A model generated the notes under the pieces. The model saw only the letters and a program-made list of their open reading frames with translations. It ran no database searches and was not told where the DNA came from. The position numbers and the translations under genes were made by a program. This document shows positions 1-13,424 of a stretch of DNA of 64,000 nucleotides, piece by piece. This DNA is from Camelus dromedarius (lineage: Eukaryota): NCBI RefSeq assembly GCF_036321535.1, contig NC_087437.1, positions 70,000,001 to 70,064,000 of the forward strand, read 5' to 3'. Within the stretch, counting starts at the first letter, position 1, and each line of letters starts with the position of its first letter.

Positions 1-440
1 TTAAAAGGATGCATATTGTCTGATTCCAACTATATGACATTCTAGAAAAGGCAAAATCATGGAGACAATAAAAAAAGCAGCAGTGGCCAGAGATTGAAGG
101 AAGGGAGGGATGACTGGGCAGAGCACAGAGGACTTTTAGGACAGTGAAACTACTCTGTATACTGATACTATAATGGTGGCTACATAACATTATAAATTTA
201 TCCAAACCCACTGAATGTGTAATACCAAGAGTGAAACTTAATGTAAGCTATGAACTTTGGGTGATAATAATATATCAGTGTAGCTTCATCAATTGTAACA
301 AATGTACCACTTTGATGGGGAACGTTGATAATGAGGAAGGCTATGCATGTATGGGGGCAAGAAGTAAGTGGGAAATTACTGTACCTTCTGCTTAATGCTG
401 TGAACATACAACTGGTCTAAAATAAAGTCTGTTAAAAGAA
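1..440 (+). mobile_element. L1 3' UTR, L1MC1-like
   Basis: Typical L1MC 3' end (ggcaaaatcatggagaca...tgtaacaaatgtaccact...aataaagt) and A-rich tail. Confidence 0.8.
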
Positions 441-500
441 GTCCTTATCCCCTTAAAAAAAAAAGTCATTAGCTGTGACTCTTGGCTCCTCTGGAGATAG

Positions 501-502
<2 letters not shown>

Positions 503-566
<64 letters not shown>
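503..566. repeat. (GT)n microsatellite, ~32 units
   Basis: Direct observation. Confidence 0.98.
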
Positions 567-568
<2 letters not shown>

Positions 569-1740
569 GCTGGATAGAAAAGGTGTTACTTTATTGGCAC
601 CCTTGTAATCTGTCCCTAGTTTCAATTGGTTGAGGTAGTTTAGTGCCGGCACCTCCCATCAGGTGCTGTGTGGATTGCTCAGATACCACCTCTTCTCAAT
701 TTCTAGGGATCTTTACCTGAAGCTCCCTTTATAGTACAAATGCATCTCCCCAACCTAGTAACTTTATTCCATTAGCCATAGGCCTGTTGGCTGAGATCTC
801 CTAGATCTTCCTGACAACATTCTCAAAGTGCATCTAGACTATATCAAACAAGTTCCTCTTAAGAGTACACACCAGGTCTATGGGATACATTCACAGATCT
901 TTAGCCCACCCAAACTCTGGGCATGCAGACTGTCCCTGCCACAGCTACTTCTCTTTGCTTCTTATATGAGCAAGCAGCTTCAGACATGGCCTCGTGCTCA
1001 GTCCTCAAGACTGCATCAGACACAAGTTCACTGTTCCTCAAACTACAGGAAAGTTACTGAAGCTCTTTGATTGGTCCTATTGAAGTCCCTCACACCAGTT
1101 AAGTGAGGACGAAGTCCTACCCTCCCTTTTGGGAGGGTCAAAGTGGTGAATTCACATGACTTGATCTGAGCATCTCTCTAAGGAAAGCCTTTCTCAAATT
1201 CCCAACTTCCCTCTGTAGGCCTCTATGTCCCCCTTTATAGGTTAAAGGTATGTGGTAAGCAAAGGGTCATAAAATGGGTATTTTCAAGCCTCCTTTGCAA
1301 ATTCTGTGAGGATGATTCGTCACTTCACTTTGGATTATGAATTCAGAATTTGCCACCTTCTTATGTCCCTTTTAGGGATTCAGTCTAAACAATGAGTTTC
1401 AAAAAAACTCATTTAAACATCTTGCTATATAAAAAAGTCTTTCTTCTAATGATCTACAAGTCCAAATCTACAAGTAATACATAGCATTTCCCATATTCAT
1501 GTATTTGTGTAAATGAGTGACTTCCGAGCCAGGAGCAAAGCATGCACCAAACAGACATGCTTGAGCCTACTTGGCCTTTAAATGAGCTCTGTAGACATGT
1601 GTTGCAGAGACATGTAGGTGTAAATCAAAACAAACCCCAAGGAATAAGAGTTTTTCTAATCTATGACATGTTATACTAAGCTTAAATACATGCAGAGTGA
1701 TGACAGAAAAAGCATTAGGAATGCACAAAACTTAGCTCAC

Positions 1741-4478
1741 CTGACAATAATAAATAATGGGTGTGGTCTTTAACATATTAATGTACATAACATGCTTAAG
1801 TGTCTATAGTATTATCTATTGTAGGACTGCAGTTTTGAGAGTGAAAAATAACATTTAAAGGATAAAATTAAAATCAGACATTTGTATAACAAGGTACAGC
1901 AGAGAGAAGCCAATGGCTCTTGGTTATTTTTATTTAACTATCGTTTAAAACTCCGCTAATCTCTTTTGTGCATTTCTATCAGCATAAATAAAGAATACTT
2001 ATAAAATATGTATGATAAACTTCCTATCATCTTTAAAAATTGAGTTCTGCAACGTGTGAGTAAATTAACAGCCAGATATTGATATAAAAAAGGAAACTCT
2101 CCATGATTGGATTTGTGATTTTTGCGTATTTGAAAATGTGCCTACTACCTCCATAACTATCTCTAAGTCCAAAGGAATACAGAAATATTTACAAGGGCTC
2201 AAAAAGATGGGCAGATGAAGCAAAGCTGAACCGTTCGAAAGATGGCTCATTGAAGGAAGAGGAGTAGAGGTGGGAAGAGGCCACAAATTTGGGAAAAGCC
2301 TTCCCTCCAAACGTATAAACCCAGATCATCAATTAATATTTCACACAGACTAAAAAAGTAGAAATCTGGGAATTGTTAAATCCCACTTTTTTATAATTTC
2401 ATGTGAATTAATTTAATTGAAAACCTACATAAATGAAATAAACTGCATTCTGAATCTGGGTGTTGATTTTAATGAACTCAAAGAGGGAAGGGTCACTTGT
2501 AGCTTTGGGCATTGGCAGAGGATAGCAGGGGGCCTGGGTGGGGTAACCCAACGCGAATCCTGTAGCAGCTGAAAAGTATACAAGGATTTTGGGAAAATGA
2601 AGAGCAATCAGAAAAAGTGAGACAGAAGAGATGTACAAAAATTTCTCTTTTGAAAAAAAAAATTAAGACCGTGAAGAAGCTTCTGAAAGTTGCATGACTT
2701 GTATACTCTAGTTTCCCAATGACCCCCAAGGTATTAGGACTAGAGTAGAAGATTGGGACGTCAGTCTCTTCTCCTCCCATCTCTTCAATAGCCTAGTGTC
2801 TGTCTTTCCAATGCTCAAATCTTTCTCCACTCAGGGTACAAGGAAAGGGAGAAAGAAAGGGAGGTAATGACATGCACATGTACCTGCTGGAGTCTAGATA
2901 CCCACCTCCTCTTCATCTAACGCCCTCCTCAGCTCTCACTTGTTATTCTGGCTCATTGTTATAGCCCCAGACTTCACTATTCACTGTGTTTTGCTTTAAG
3001 AATTCCCCCAAGGAACTCCTGTATTTTTCTGCTTTCCAAGATGTTACACATCTTCCCCACTGGACTAGAGTGAGAGGAGAACACAACTTACTCAAAATGA
3101 TTGATCGACAGGCACATGTTGTTGTTACATTCGTGGAGATAATTTAGCAACCATTTATCCTCTCAGCTCAGAGGTTCAGTTTCAAGTCTTCTCCCTCCTA
3201 GGGGGAAAAAAGACTAAGCTTCACCAAGATCTGCAGCCATCATGAGACAAGCAATGTGAGATTGTGGAGAGCTAGTACATACTGTGACATTCATTTCCTT
3301 CAAGGCTGAGTCTGTCCTTCTGCCCTCTGCCAACATGTACACAAGCTTCCATCTATTCAATCATATAAGTAGCTTTGAAAGTAAATTAACATGATGATTT
3401 AGCAGAGATGTAAAAGAAATCAAGTATGAAATAATCTTTATAAATCTACAGTAGATATGCAAATATGTGTCTGGGTGTGTATGTGGTGATGATGATGAGG
3501 GGATGGTAGTGTGTATATGTTTGTTGTTGTTTTTTTTTAATTAACATGAAAACATTAAGGGTATATACCCTTAATGTTTACTTTACTTACGGAAAGTAAA
3601 TTTGACACTTGGGAAAGGAAGTAACCCAGTAAAATATGACTGAGGCAAATAAAAATTTGATAGGCCAAATAGATTCTTCCAGGTTTAATGACTTTCGAAG
3701 ACTGTATATAAAAGGCTGATGTAGCATTTTTGTGTTGCGAGAGTCTGGCTTCAAAAAGATAATACAGGATAAGCCTATTGCAAGAAAGAGGCTCAATTAC
3801 AGATTTCCACCTTTAAAGAAAGGAAATGGCAGGAAGCATATTATTTATTGCCCAGGTATAATATTTACTGCTGAAGAGCTTAGACAAAAATAGAAAGCTG
3901 GTGAGTAGGTTGGGAGGGTGAGAGGCAAAAGGGCCTGACTTGTCGTGAGTGCCTATAGGGTACTCGTTATTGCACATTCATTTTTCATTCATGATATCTT
4001 TCATCCTGGAAATACTAATCTGATAAGGAGCATGAATGATTCCACAAACTATGCGCTAGCAATAACAATCAAGATGTGACATTAGTCATGAAGGCCTTTA
4101 TGATTCTGACATTTAACACCTAGGACAGATCCACGGTGGCTAATTAACAACGAGGTCATTCTGACATGGAGTGGGCAAGCACCTTCCCTCAGCTCACTGG
4201 GATTATCCTAGGCCATATACGCTCTTTCACGTCACACATTACATCTTTGCAAGAGCACATCATTTCCACCTTTGAAACCTGTATTTAAGTTCAATGTAGT
4301 AATAATGCTTCTCTCAAAGAGAGCCAATCTTAAACCTACTTCTGTCTTACTCCTACACCTTTGAGTATTTGGGGGAATTTCTACTGTCTTTTTGTTATCT
4401 GATATTAGACATCAGATTAAGAATTCAGTCACAATGAGCTTAAAGTCTGGCTGGAACAGCAGGATTTATGTTAAGATA
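1741..4478 (-). pseudogene. 3' exon cluster (glycosyltransferase C-terminal part) of the GREB1-like gene
   Basis: Exons: 4478-4351 (ph2>1), 4278-4198 (1>1), 3701-3591 (1>1, gtaag), 3197-3092 (1>2, ttttttccccctag/gtaagt), 2993-2906 (2>0), 2568-2429 (0>2), 2349-2193 (2>0, ctacttttttag), 1826-1741 (0>2, gtgagc). Reads ...RGRRLETEPLS*EDKWLLNYLHECNNNMCLSINHFDKTQ*IVKSGAITMSQNNK*ELRRALDEEELLQDSRWVTPP...ILCEILIDDLGLYVWREGFSQICGLFPPLLLFLQ*AIFRTVQLCFICPSF*ALSYNR*YYRHLSMLCTLIC*RPHPLFIIV. Confidence 0.78.
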
Positions 4479-5824
4479 CTGAACACAATGGAGCATTCTC
4501 AGAGGGATGGAAAATGGCTGACTCTTGTGAAAGATGATTATAGCAAAAAAAGGGATGCAGGAAGTGTATTCAGATAGTTTAAATCAGGGGAAAGCCTTTA
4601 ACTTGACAAACTAGGATTCTTCTCCCAATACTAAAGTATCACACAATGTGGTATTTCAACTGAGTTGCAGAGATACGTAAGAAATTCTTTTTCAACTTAA
4701 TGAAATGATAGATGGGAAAATAAATTTGAGGGATTATGGGAATAGGCAAGACTTTCTTGTTAGTCTCTTAATGCCAATGTGGTCCTTTATTTTTTCATGT
4801 CAGTTCATGCTAAATGTAAAAAAAAAAATAGAAAATAAAAAGTGAGATTTGGAGAAGTAGCTAAGACTAATCATTGCACTGGGAGCTGACAGCACTAGTA
4901 ATAACAGAAAGGGATGCATATATTGGAAAGGTGGGAACAGGGAACAAAGTCCAACTTTGCAAAGTGCAAAGTCAAAGAAGGGGTCAGAGAGGAGAAATGC
5001 CATTATCCTGAATATGCTAATTTGGTGGCTAAGCCAAAGAGGTATTATTTTATTTTACTTTATTTTTGCTTTAATTTAAATTTTTGATTAGACTTTGAGA
5101 AGAAGATGGGAATTGAAAAAAATCCTTTCTGAATGATGGTATCTTAGAGTTAGGAGAGATTTGGAAGGAATCATTTCCCTCAGGCATGGCACTGCACAGC
5201 TGGCATTCCTTCTCCAGGAGCTGACAAACGGTCAGCTCCTACCTGGGCACAGCCAGAGACCGTCACAAAGTTGTAGTTATTAGAAAGGTCCTCCACAAAC
5301 TGAGTTACAATCTTTCTTCCTCTCACTTCCCGCAATTTATCTTCATTCTGTCTTCTGGAGCTACGCAGAATAATCAGAATTCTTCTTTTCCAGGGAAAAA
5401 CCTCTCCAAATAACCTTGGAGAGAGAAGTCAGGACAAAACAGCAAAGTGATGGGACTTTTAGTTATAAGAAAGTAATTTCTCAGGTACATTTAAAAGGGA
5501 AAAGATGTTTGAATGGAAGGAGAAGAAAGCTGAATTTCCAAATTAAGAGAAATTACAATAAAACACAAACAAAGTAGTACACTTATAAATATAACTTGGA
5601 AGAAAAGAAGCTGTTGATAACATGAAAGATGTAGAAAAAAGGAAAATGTACTTATAATCCAATTGAAGAGGAAAGAAAATATGCAATAAGTATAATGAAT
5701 ATAATGCACTAAAACTAAGATCAAGCTATAGTACATCATTGCCATTGAGCCATGATTGGTATGGTAAGTATTCTAATTTTAAGTTTTGGAGTATAAAAAG
5801 GTATTCTGAATTGCATTTAGTGAG

Positions 5825-6020
5825 GTAAAGCATCTACTCATGCTCTTTTTGGCCATTTGTATATCTCCTTTGGAGAAATGTCTACTCCAGTCCTTTGCCC
5901 ATTTTTAAACTGAATTCTTTTGTTGTTGTTGAGTGTTAGGAGTTCCCTGGTACTTCACTCTTTTTTATTGTGGAATAATATTCCATTGTAGAACTACATC
6001 ATATTTTATTTTTCCATTTC
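5825..6020 (-). mobile_element. Old L1 fragments
   Basis: ggccatttgtatatctcctttggagaaatgtcta...tttgcccatttt is the antisense L1 ORF2 3' motif. Confidence 0.7.
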
Positions 6021-6619
6021 CAATCTTTTAAAATTTAGAAGGCTTTTTATAGTATTAACAACAGCACAAAGGGATAGCCACTGAACATCCTCATATGTGG
6101 AATAAGAAGAATAAATACCCTGTGGTCATAAAACATGTGAAATACTATAAAAGATAGGAAGAGGTATAAAATAACTGAGAAGTTTTCTGAGCAGACAAGT
6201 CAGATGGAAGCAGACACACTATGAACAAAACCTTCATGTTATTAAGGCAGAATGTGCAACGCCTTTCTGATGACATCATGTAATTAGAAAGTTTCAGAAA
6301 ATCCAAATACAGTAAAACTCCAAAAGCAATATACTTTTAGATACTGTCATGCTATCTTCAATAGGACGAGGAAATAAATTAATAAAACATAGAGACTTTC
6401 TCTCTAATAAAACATTAAGCTATTTCCCAAAACACACAAACAAAACAAAGAAAAAAGTATAAAGTAGTCACAGCAAAAAAGTCTGATATCTAAGAACAAC
6501 CCCATGTCCACACAGAAATCAGTAACAGAAAAACAAAAAACTGACTTTTTCAGAGCCTATTAAGTTATACAAAAACAACAGACATCCTTTCCTTTCCATC
6601 ATCCTCCACACACATGTAG

Positions 6620-7510
6620 TACTGAGTTCACTTCTAAACTAAACATTATATCTTTCTACTTCTTTTTATCTCTTCTTTTTTTACTTGAGTCCAAGACTCG
6701 AGCAATGCTTGCTTAGATTACAGCAACAACTTCCTAACCACCTCCCTCCTTCTGCTGTTCCTGTTCCCTTGCATCTCATTTCAGCAGTTGCAAGAGTTAT
6801 TTTCTTAAAATGTAATTCAGGTCATATAGATCCTCTGCTTGAAATTTTTTTATGGCCTTGTACTTCAACCTTTTCCAAGGCTCTGTATTACCTGGCTCAT
6901 GTCTATGACTCCTAGCCTCGCCTTCTGTCTGTCTTGCCCTTGCTCACCTTGCTCACCAGTCTCCAACTCTGCTGGCCTTTTTTCAGTGCCTCAGCATCTC
7001 CCACTTCGGGTCTTTTGCACATGCTGTTCCTTCAGCTAGGAGTGCTTGCCCCTCCCCCTCTTTCCTATGACTGTCTGTAGATCTCACTTCCCCAGAGAGG
7101 CCTTTCCAAACTACTCTGAAATGGCACCTCAAAAATCATTTATTTTTATCTATTTATTTATTGTGGGGGGGGGGAGGTAATTAGGTTTACTGACTTATTT
7201 TTAGAGGCAGTACTAGGGATTGAACACAGGACCTTGTGTATGCTAAGCATGCACTCTACCACTTGCACTATACCCTCCTCCCAACACATTTATTTTTAAT
7301 ATTACCACAGTGTTGCTCTCCTTCTTGACATTTATCCCAGTTTACAATTATTCTTATTCACTCGATTGTTAATTTTGTTATCATAAGTAATATCCTACTA
7401 GACTATATGATCCATGAGACTGCATCTTTCTCCTTTATTATTGGACTCCCAGAGCCTAGCACAATGCTGGCATATAAGAGACATGCAATAGTTATTTATT
7501 AAATTAATAT
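6620..7510 (+). mobile_element. L2 3' portion, interrupted by a SINE
   Basis: L2-type pyrimidine-rich body ending cctagcacaatgctggcatataagaga... Confidence 0.75.
7149..7282 (-). mobile_element. Camelid tRNA-derived SINE (Vic-1 type)
   Basis: Minus strand GGGAGGAGGGTATAGTGCAAGTGGTAGAG (A box)...GTTCAATCC (B box)...AAACCTAATTACCTCCCCC, then A-rich tail. 12-bp TSD catttattttta at 7137-7148 and 7287-7298. Confidence 0.85.
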
Positions 7511-8668
7511 TTGATGGTGACTATGCTATCTAGGTTTACCTATGAGTCAATATTATACAGATTATACCAATCAATCACCTACATATCAATATTGTAACCA
7601 AATTTTTCATAACATCTGAATCAGATAGCATGTTGTTCTCAAACATTTATACTAAATAATCCAGATAAAAACAACTCATTTGGAGAATCTGTGTCTTTGT
7701 TGACAATCAAATTATTTGTACTTCATTAGAGGTTTACTATCTATTATCCTGTACTTGAATACATATGGCTGAACATTTATTTGTCCCAAGAATTGAAAAC
7801 CAGTAACAAAACTGTGGAGTATTAGAGCTAGCTGAAAGACATTAAGTCATCTGGTCAAGTTTGTTACTCAGTGTAGACATCTCTACGTCTCTGGGAAAAA
7901 TCATCAAGCTAGAACATTTGCTAGATTGAAGAGTTCATTAACATAGCCCAAGGTCTAAATCCTGGTTTTCATTTAGTTGGTGACAACTGGCACCACTGTT
8001 CCATATTCTGGGTCATCACAGTAAATTCCGACTTTGATACCATGGCAGCTTTGTTATTTGAAAACAGCTTTTATGTAAATAAGGATAGCACTAAGACTAC
8101 ATTTACCTGGATTTCCAAAGAAATGTCACATTTAGGACTTCTGACACAAACACAGGACATCTTAGAGGTCCTGGTCCAAGAGAATGGTGTAGGATTTAGC
8201 ACAAGTCTCCACACAAATCAGTCTGTTTCTTCTGTTGTGTATCTTCCTTATAGTCTCCCACCTCAGTTAACACTTGGAAGAACTAATCAAGTTTGTGGTA
8301 ATACATGAAATGAAGAAAAATACATTTGATGACTGAGAAAAGTTGACTTTTCAGAACTCAGTAAGTGAAATCATAAACATGAACAAAAGTTAACTAAAGA
8401 TAGTAACTGACCCCAGAAAGAGACTGACTTTTTTATACCTCCAGGGTTTTTAATCAATGAATTCATTCTTTTTTCTCTTAACTCTTTTTCTGTGAACAAC
8501 TTACCAGTCTGCTCAGAGATAATCATTAGCTTAATTGACTTTATTATTCTATTTGTCATAAAAATTAAAAACCCACAAAAAATAAACTCAATTAGTGAAT
8601 TTGTAATTCTTGTCAAAAATAACTTTTTCTCATGAAGTATTATGCTAAAATATTTTAGGAGGTAACCA

Positions 8669-8670
<2 letters not shown>

Positions 8671-8702
<32 letters not shown>
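8671..8702. repeat. (GT)n microsatellite
   Basis: Direct observation. Confidence 0.95.
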
Positions 8703-8705
<3 letters not shown>

Positions 8706-9204
8706 GATATATCTTACATTCCTAAACAATTTAGGTCAGTAAGTGACTGAAAACAGGTACAAAAGGAATCTTGCAATACAATTTTTTCCCCAAATTTCAA
8801 TATTTTTCCAAAGCTAGACATGTTTCATGACTCCAGGATTTTTATATATGTCTCAACTTCTCATCCTTGGCAACCAAGATTGAACTGTACCACAATTCTT
8901 CTTAACGTTTTACCAGTGAGACCTTCAATCCTTCATACTGTGGAATTACAGAATGACTTCCACATATATAAGATGGAGAAGTTCATTTTTTCATTAAAAC
9001 AAAAACCAGTAAACTCTTACTGATTAAAAGCAGAGGAAGAACATTAATGAATATAAATTTGTGGGTTATAATATGTAAAATAAACTAAGTTTTATTGTTT
9101 TTAATTGTCCAGAAAAGCTCAAATTTGAGAATGTATTGCCAAGCACTAGCCCTACTGAAATAACTTAGTACCAAAAAATGGTTTATTTATTAACATATCA
9201 AACG

Positions 9205-9380
9205 ATAGCAGAGCAGAGCAAACAGTCTCTGCCGCAAATATTCAACTCTGCTGGTGTGCCAGGAAAGCAGCCAGAAAAAAGACATAAAGAAATGGTGTTT
9301 CTGTGTCCCATTAAAACTTTATTTTCTAAAGTAGGTGGCAGACTGGATCTGCTTGGCAGGCCATAGTTTGCCAACTTCTA
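9205..9380 (+). mobile_element. MER58A-like hAT-Charlie fragment
   Basis: Ends ggccatagtttgccaacttcta; internal ttaaaactttatt motif. Confidence 0.7.
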
Positions 9381-12300
9381 CGCTAAAGGTATAACCTATG
9401 CAGGATGGAGGATACATTTTTTGGAAATGGAGGTGTTAACTCAGTCAGCCTAACCTAAGCAGAGTTAGAGCACATCATTCTAACTTAGTCCCTGTGGAGA
9501 TACGGTTTCCTCACCTTTCCGTGGACACTGCTCCTGAAGACACTTCGGGCCTTCACAAGGTTTCATCTGACTATCTGATGTATAACTATGGGTCACCCCT
9601 GCAGGACTATCAGAGATGTGCATCTCTGGTGCCCTTCATAATGCCAAAGTTCTCCTAGTAATTCTTACATGCCTGCTGTCCCTTACCCTTGTTCTTGATC
9701 CTTTCCTTGAAGGTGACTAGAACACACTCTGTAAAACCTGTAGGATACAATTCAGTGCAGTAGTACTAAAGCTGTCACTAAGGAAGATCATCAAGTGCAC
9801 AGGTTTGTCAGCTACAAGAGTCTAGACTACTCCCCAGAATAATGGCAGAGGGAGATGCCACAGCTGAGAAAACAGTCAAATGAAAAAAAATTCACCTTAG
9901 GACAACATAGACAAGTCTTCATTGATTGAGAACATTTGCAAAACAATGTGCTACTTCATTAGCCAAGAGTGGACAATTCAAAGCCGCTGTGCCAGCTCTC
10001 AGTGGTCATGAGGGAACTCAGCCATAGAAGCCTGTGTGTGTGTGTGTACATATATATGCAATGTACTGAGTGGACTGTTACATATGCATCCAATTTTTAA
10101 AGTAAATCAGAGACATATAGGGTTATATTGATTCAGTTCTGTGCAGAGAAAACAGGGACACATGTTTACTACACCTTGGGGAATTTGTCTAGTAGAAAAC
10201 AAAATCCTTACATTCATGGAACTTGTAATACAGTAACCTTTAAAATGGGGAGAATATATTTAAATCTATATTAAAATGTTTTTAATACTTTGGCAATTTG
10301 TGGTCAGCCTTGAATGCAACTGTTTTAGAAAGAATCAGGGAAATATACATCAATTTTCAGTAACTGGGCTAGAGTTGAGAGGTGGTGTGCAGCACATGGA
10401 TGGATTCTATCCAAGTTTCAGATAAGGTGACCTAGGTGAGGCAGGTCAGAGATCAGTATGCATCCTCTGGAGTCCTGTGACGCTGTTCAAGAGAAGCAAT
10501 GAAAGAGCTATGGACCACAGGGGCATCACTGCAGGAAGAAGGGAGGAAGGGAGGGATGAATGGAGGGATGGATCCAGTAGGTATTTCTCACTGGAACAAA
10601 CCTAAAACACAAAGAGTGTGTGGGAGGGTACCTGAATATACAAGGAGCCAGGAGAACTCACTATAGTGAAATAATAGCTGGTTCCAAAAATAAACCATCA
10701 GAGGTGTTAAAATGAAATAGCTTGCTTTTTGAATGTCAAACAACTTCCTGCAGGAACTTGTGCAATGATATCACTAAGACTCCAAAGTCAGCCTCTAAAA
10801 TGTTGTCATCTCTTCACACTTAAGAAGAAACCTCAAAGCTCCCAAAGGAAACTACAATTTTATTTCAAAAACTTGCTTTGAACTTTGAAAATAAAACAAG
10901 AATATGTATTATTAGAGATCTAGTCCTGATTTTAAAGGTTGATGACATGCAGGCACCCCTATCTTGGTGCCTCGAGCCAGGCAAAGAACAGTGGGTGAGA
11001 AAAAAGGGCAACAGATCGCCAGCACAATCATCTCCTAACGCAGAGATGGCTTATCAGGACTTCTTTTCCATTGCTCTGCCATCCTCCCTCTTAGCTCTTT
11101 AACTTTACCTTAATTTCCCTCCTAGGAATACAGGAGACATTGACTGAATACATATTCCTCTTCCTCTTTCTTCCTCTCCCTAATTTTCTTTAACTTTCCC
11201 TTAATTTTCTTTTTTTCTATTCTCTTCACTTAATTTTTTTCCCCTTTCTCCTCTCCTTTTCCCATCTCCCTGGCCTTCTCTGTATGTCTTTCTCTTTTCC
11301 TAACTTTAAAGTTATGCCATAAAACTGAAATGTATTTCTTATTATTTCTTGCAATCACTGAATTGACATCTAATCTTAAAGTAAATGATGACAATGTTAT
11401 GTATGTGTACACACACACACACACACAATGTCAGATTGTTCTTTAGGAACAACAACAAAAAAGAAATGTAGTTGATTTTACATGGGCATTCTGCTGAGGT
11501 TTTTTTTTTTCCTTTCTTGTTTCTCCTGTGGTTCCCCCATCACATAGCATCTTGGCTTTTCAGAAGTAGTACCTTGACCCATGAATCTGCTGCTGACCTT
11601 TCAAAAGATCAATATATCACCACATTAGACTTTTTTAATCCTTTAAAATGAATAGAAACTAATGCCAAACTTTCCCTTTGCAAATGTAAGCATTTTTGGA
11701 AGGTGAGAGGAAAGGAGCTGTTTGGTGCTATATTTTACACAATTAAACAACGTGCCATCTTGGCACAGCACTCCGGGAAAATACATCATGCCTATGAAAG
11801 ATTCTTTTCTAGGGTCATTATCTACCCCAGCCACACAGCATCCACTTTCCCCTTCTACCAGGAGTGTCCAGGCCCCTATGCACAGTGTAGAGCTCTATCA
11901 CATCACACCATTTCTTATCTCACAACCTATTTCTGGGCTCATTTATATGCATGCAAAAGTGGGTTTCTGTCCCCTGGAGAGCTGGCAGGCACCCTGCGGT
12001 CTGATTCCTCTTGTCCCTGAACATTAGATACTCTGTTGCCAATGAAAAGTCACCAGAGAAATCACATAGATTGACAGTCTTGGAAATTTTATCTCAGTTG
12101 ATTAGCATGTTTTTTTTTTTCTTCCTACTATCAGCACAGAAAGATGATAAGTTAAGGAAAATGTAAAGTTAATGCTGATGGAAAGGCAATACAGAAGTTG
12201 AGAATTGTGCAGTTCAGTTTTCAATAGCAAGAAGACAAATTTCTACCACTGGTTTCTCTGCCACAAAAAAATATAGAGGCTCCAGCAAATGTTGCTGGAA

Positions 12301-12429
12301 AGTGAAGTTCTCTTAGATGAGCCTCACTTTTCCATTGTCTTTCATTATGAAATCAAGAGTGTGCTATGATAGAACACATCAATTTCTCTCTTTTTTAGTG
12401 CCAAAGAACTTAAGCTAGAACTCATGTTA

Positions 12430-12960
12430 ACTGCCTTCACATTCCTGCCTAAGTATTCCCTGAAATCTGCTTCTGCCTTTTCCACCTTATGGAATTCTTT
12501 CTCAAGTGTCACCAATGATCTCCCATTTGTCAGGTCCAATCTCTCCTCGGGTTTCACCCTCCTGAATGTTGTCAGCCTCTTTATGATTTCTGACACTGTT
12601 GAGCACCTGCTCCTTCATTCTTGGCCTTCTCTTGTTTCCATGACATTGTATTCCTTTGTTCTCCAGCCTTAATTAATGATTCTTCTCTGTCTCTTTTGCT
12701 GGCTCTTCTCCCTCCTCCCATGACCAAACTGTGGGTTTCCATCAAAGCTATTATCTTGGCCTTCTGCTCTTCATTTTCAATTTCTTCTACAATTATTCCA
12801 TCTTGTCATCTTCAATGAATATTCCTACGTATAGACTCTAACTGCCAACTTCAACATTGCTCAATCAAAAAACTACCTTAATTTAAACTGTCTATGGAGC
12901 ATATTTACATGGATAGCTAGCCAATGACATCTTAAATTTACCTTAATTTCAATGCACTCA
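12430..12960 (+). mobile_element. L2 internal fragment
   Basis: caagtgtcaccaatgatctcc...tgacactgttgagcac...ttccatgaca L2 ORF2 motifs. Confidence 0.65.
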
Positions 12961-13424
12961 AAGTTTGCCTACTCATTTTCTCTTCTTGCCTTCCACTAGG
13001 ATGCACTATGTATCTCCACCAAACACCATGCCTCAAAACCAAACTACAGAACAATTTTAGCCAATGCCAATGCATTCTGCAAGCTACTGCCTTAGATTAA
13101 GAACTTCTATAATGCTCCAATGTCTGCTGCATTCAATTCCAACTCCTATGCATGGCTTTCAGGATTTTTCACATATGGTATTGATCTACCTAATTTTGGT
13201 TTCCATGATGCCAATGTGAGCCATCACTGCTGGTCAAGAAAGTCTCTTCATTGTGGACATACTCCTCTAACAACCCATTCTACTTCTCCAGATTTGGCTC
13301 TTTCCTTCTAGGTGGAACTAATTTGCCTGGTCAATATATCTATCGGCTGATTCTAACTTCTTGTGGGACAGACAGTTGTGTGATAACCAGTCATCATCTG
13401 GCAATAATCAGTGGTTTACAGAAA

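Larger units (their letters stand above)
8107..12092 (-). pseudogene. Middle exon cluster of the GREB1-like gene
   Basis: Exons: 12092-11993, 11791-11741, 11640-11573, 10818-10726 (GC donor gcaagc), 10237-10212, 10031-9896, 9737-9687, 9606-9515, 8937-~8800 (donor unclear), 8508-8439, 8282-8107. Phase-compatible; e.g. DDNILEADFGVLVISLHKFLQEVV and GFTECVLVTFKERIKNK|VLQG*PIVIHQIVR*NLVKARSVFRSSVHGK|YEGLKVSLVKR*EELWYSSILVAKDE. Confidence 0.68.

Noticed and set aside
1260..1590. Possible final exons (about 1586-1569 AHLKA, and from about 1384)
   Set aside because: Phase-compatible but too short or unconstrained to support.
3591..4278. Stop-free phase-0 readings (VSKVEMMC.., SSKVIKPGRIYLAYQ..)
   Set aside because: They put the downstream exons out of the frame carrying the GREB1 motifs. 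Not fully excluded if a frameshift exists.
9611..9628. Small hairpin cagagatg-tg-catctctg
   Set aside because: An 8-bp stem is expected by chance in 64 kb.
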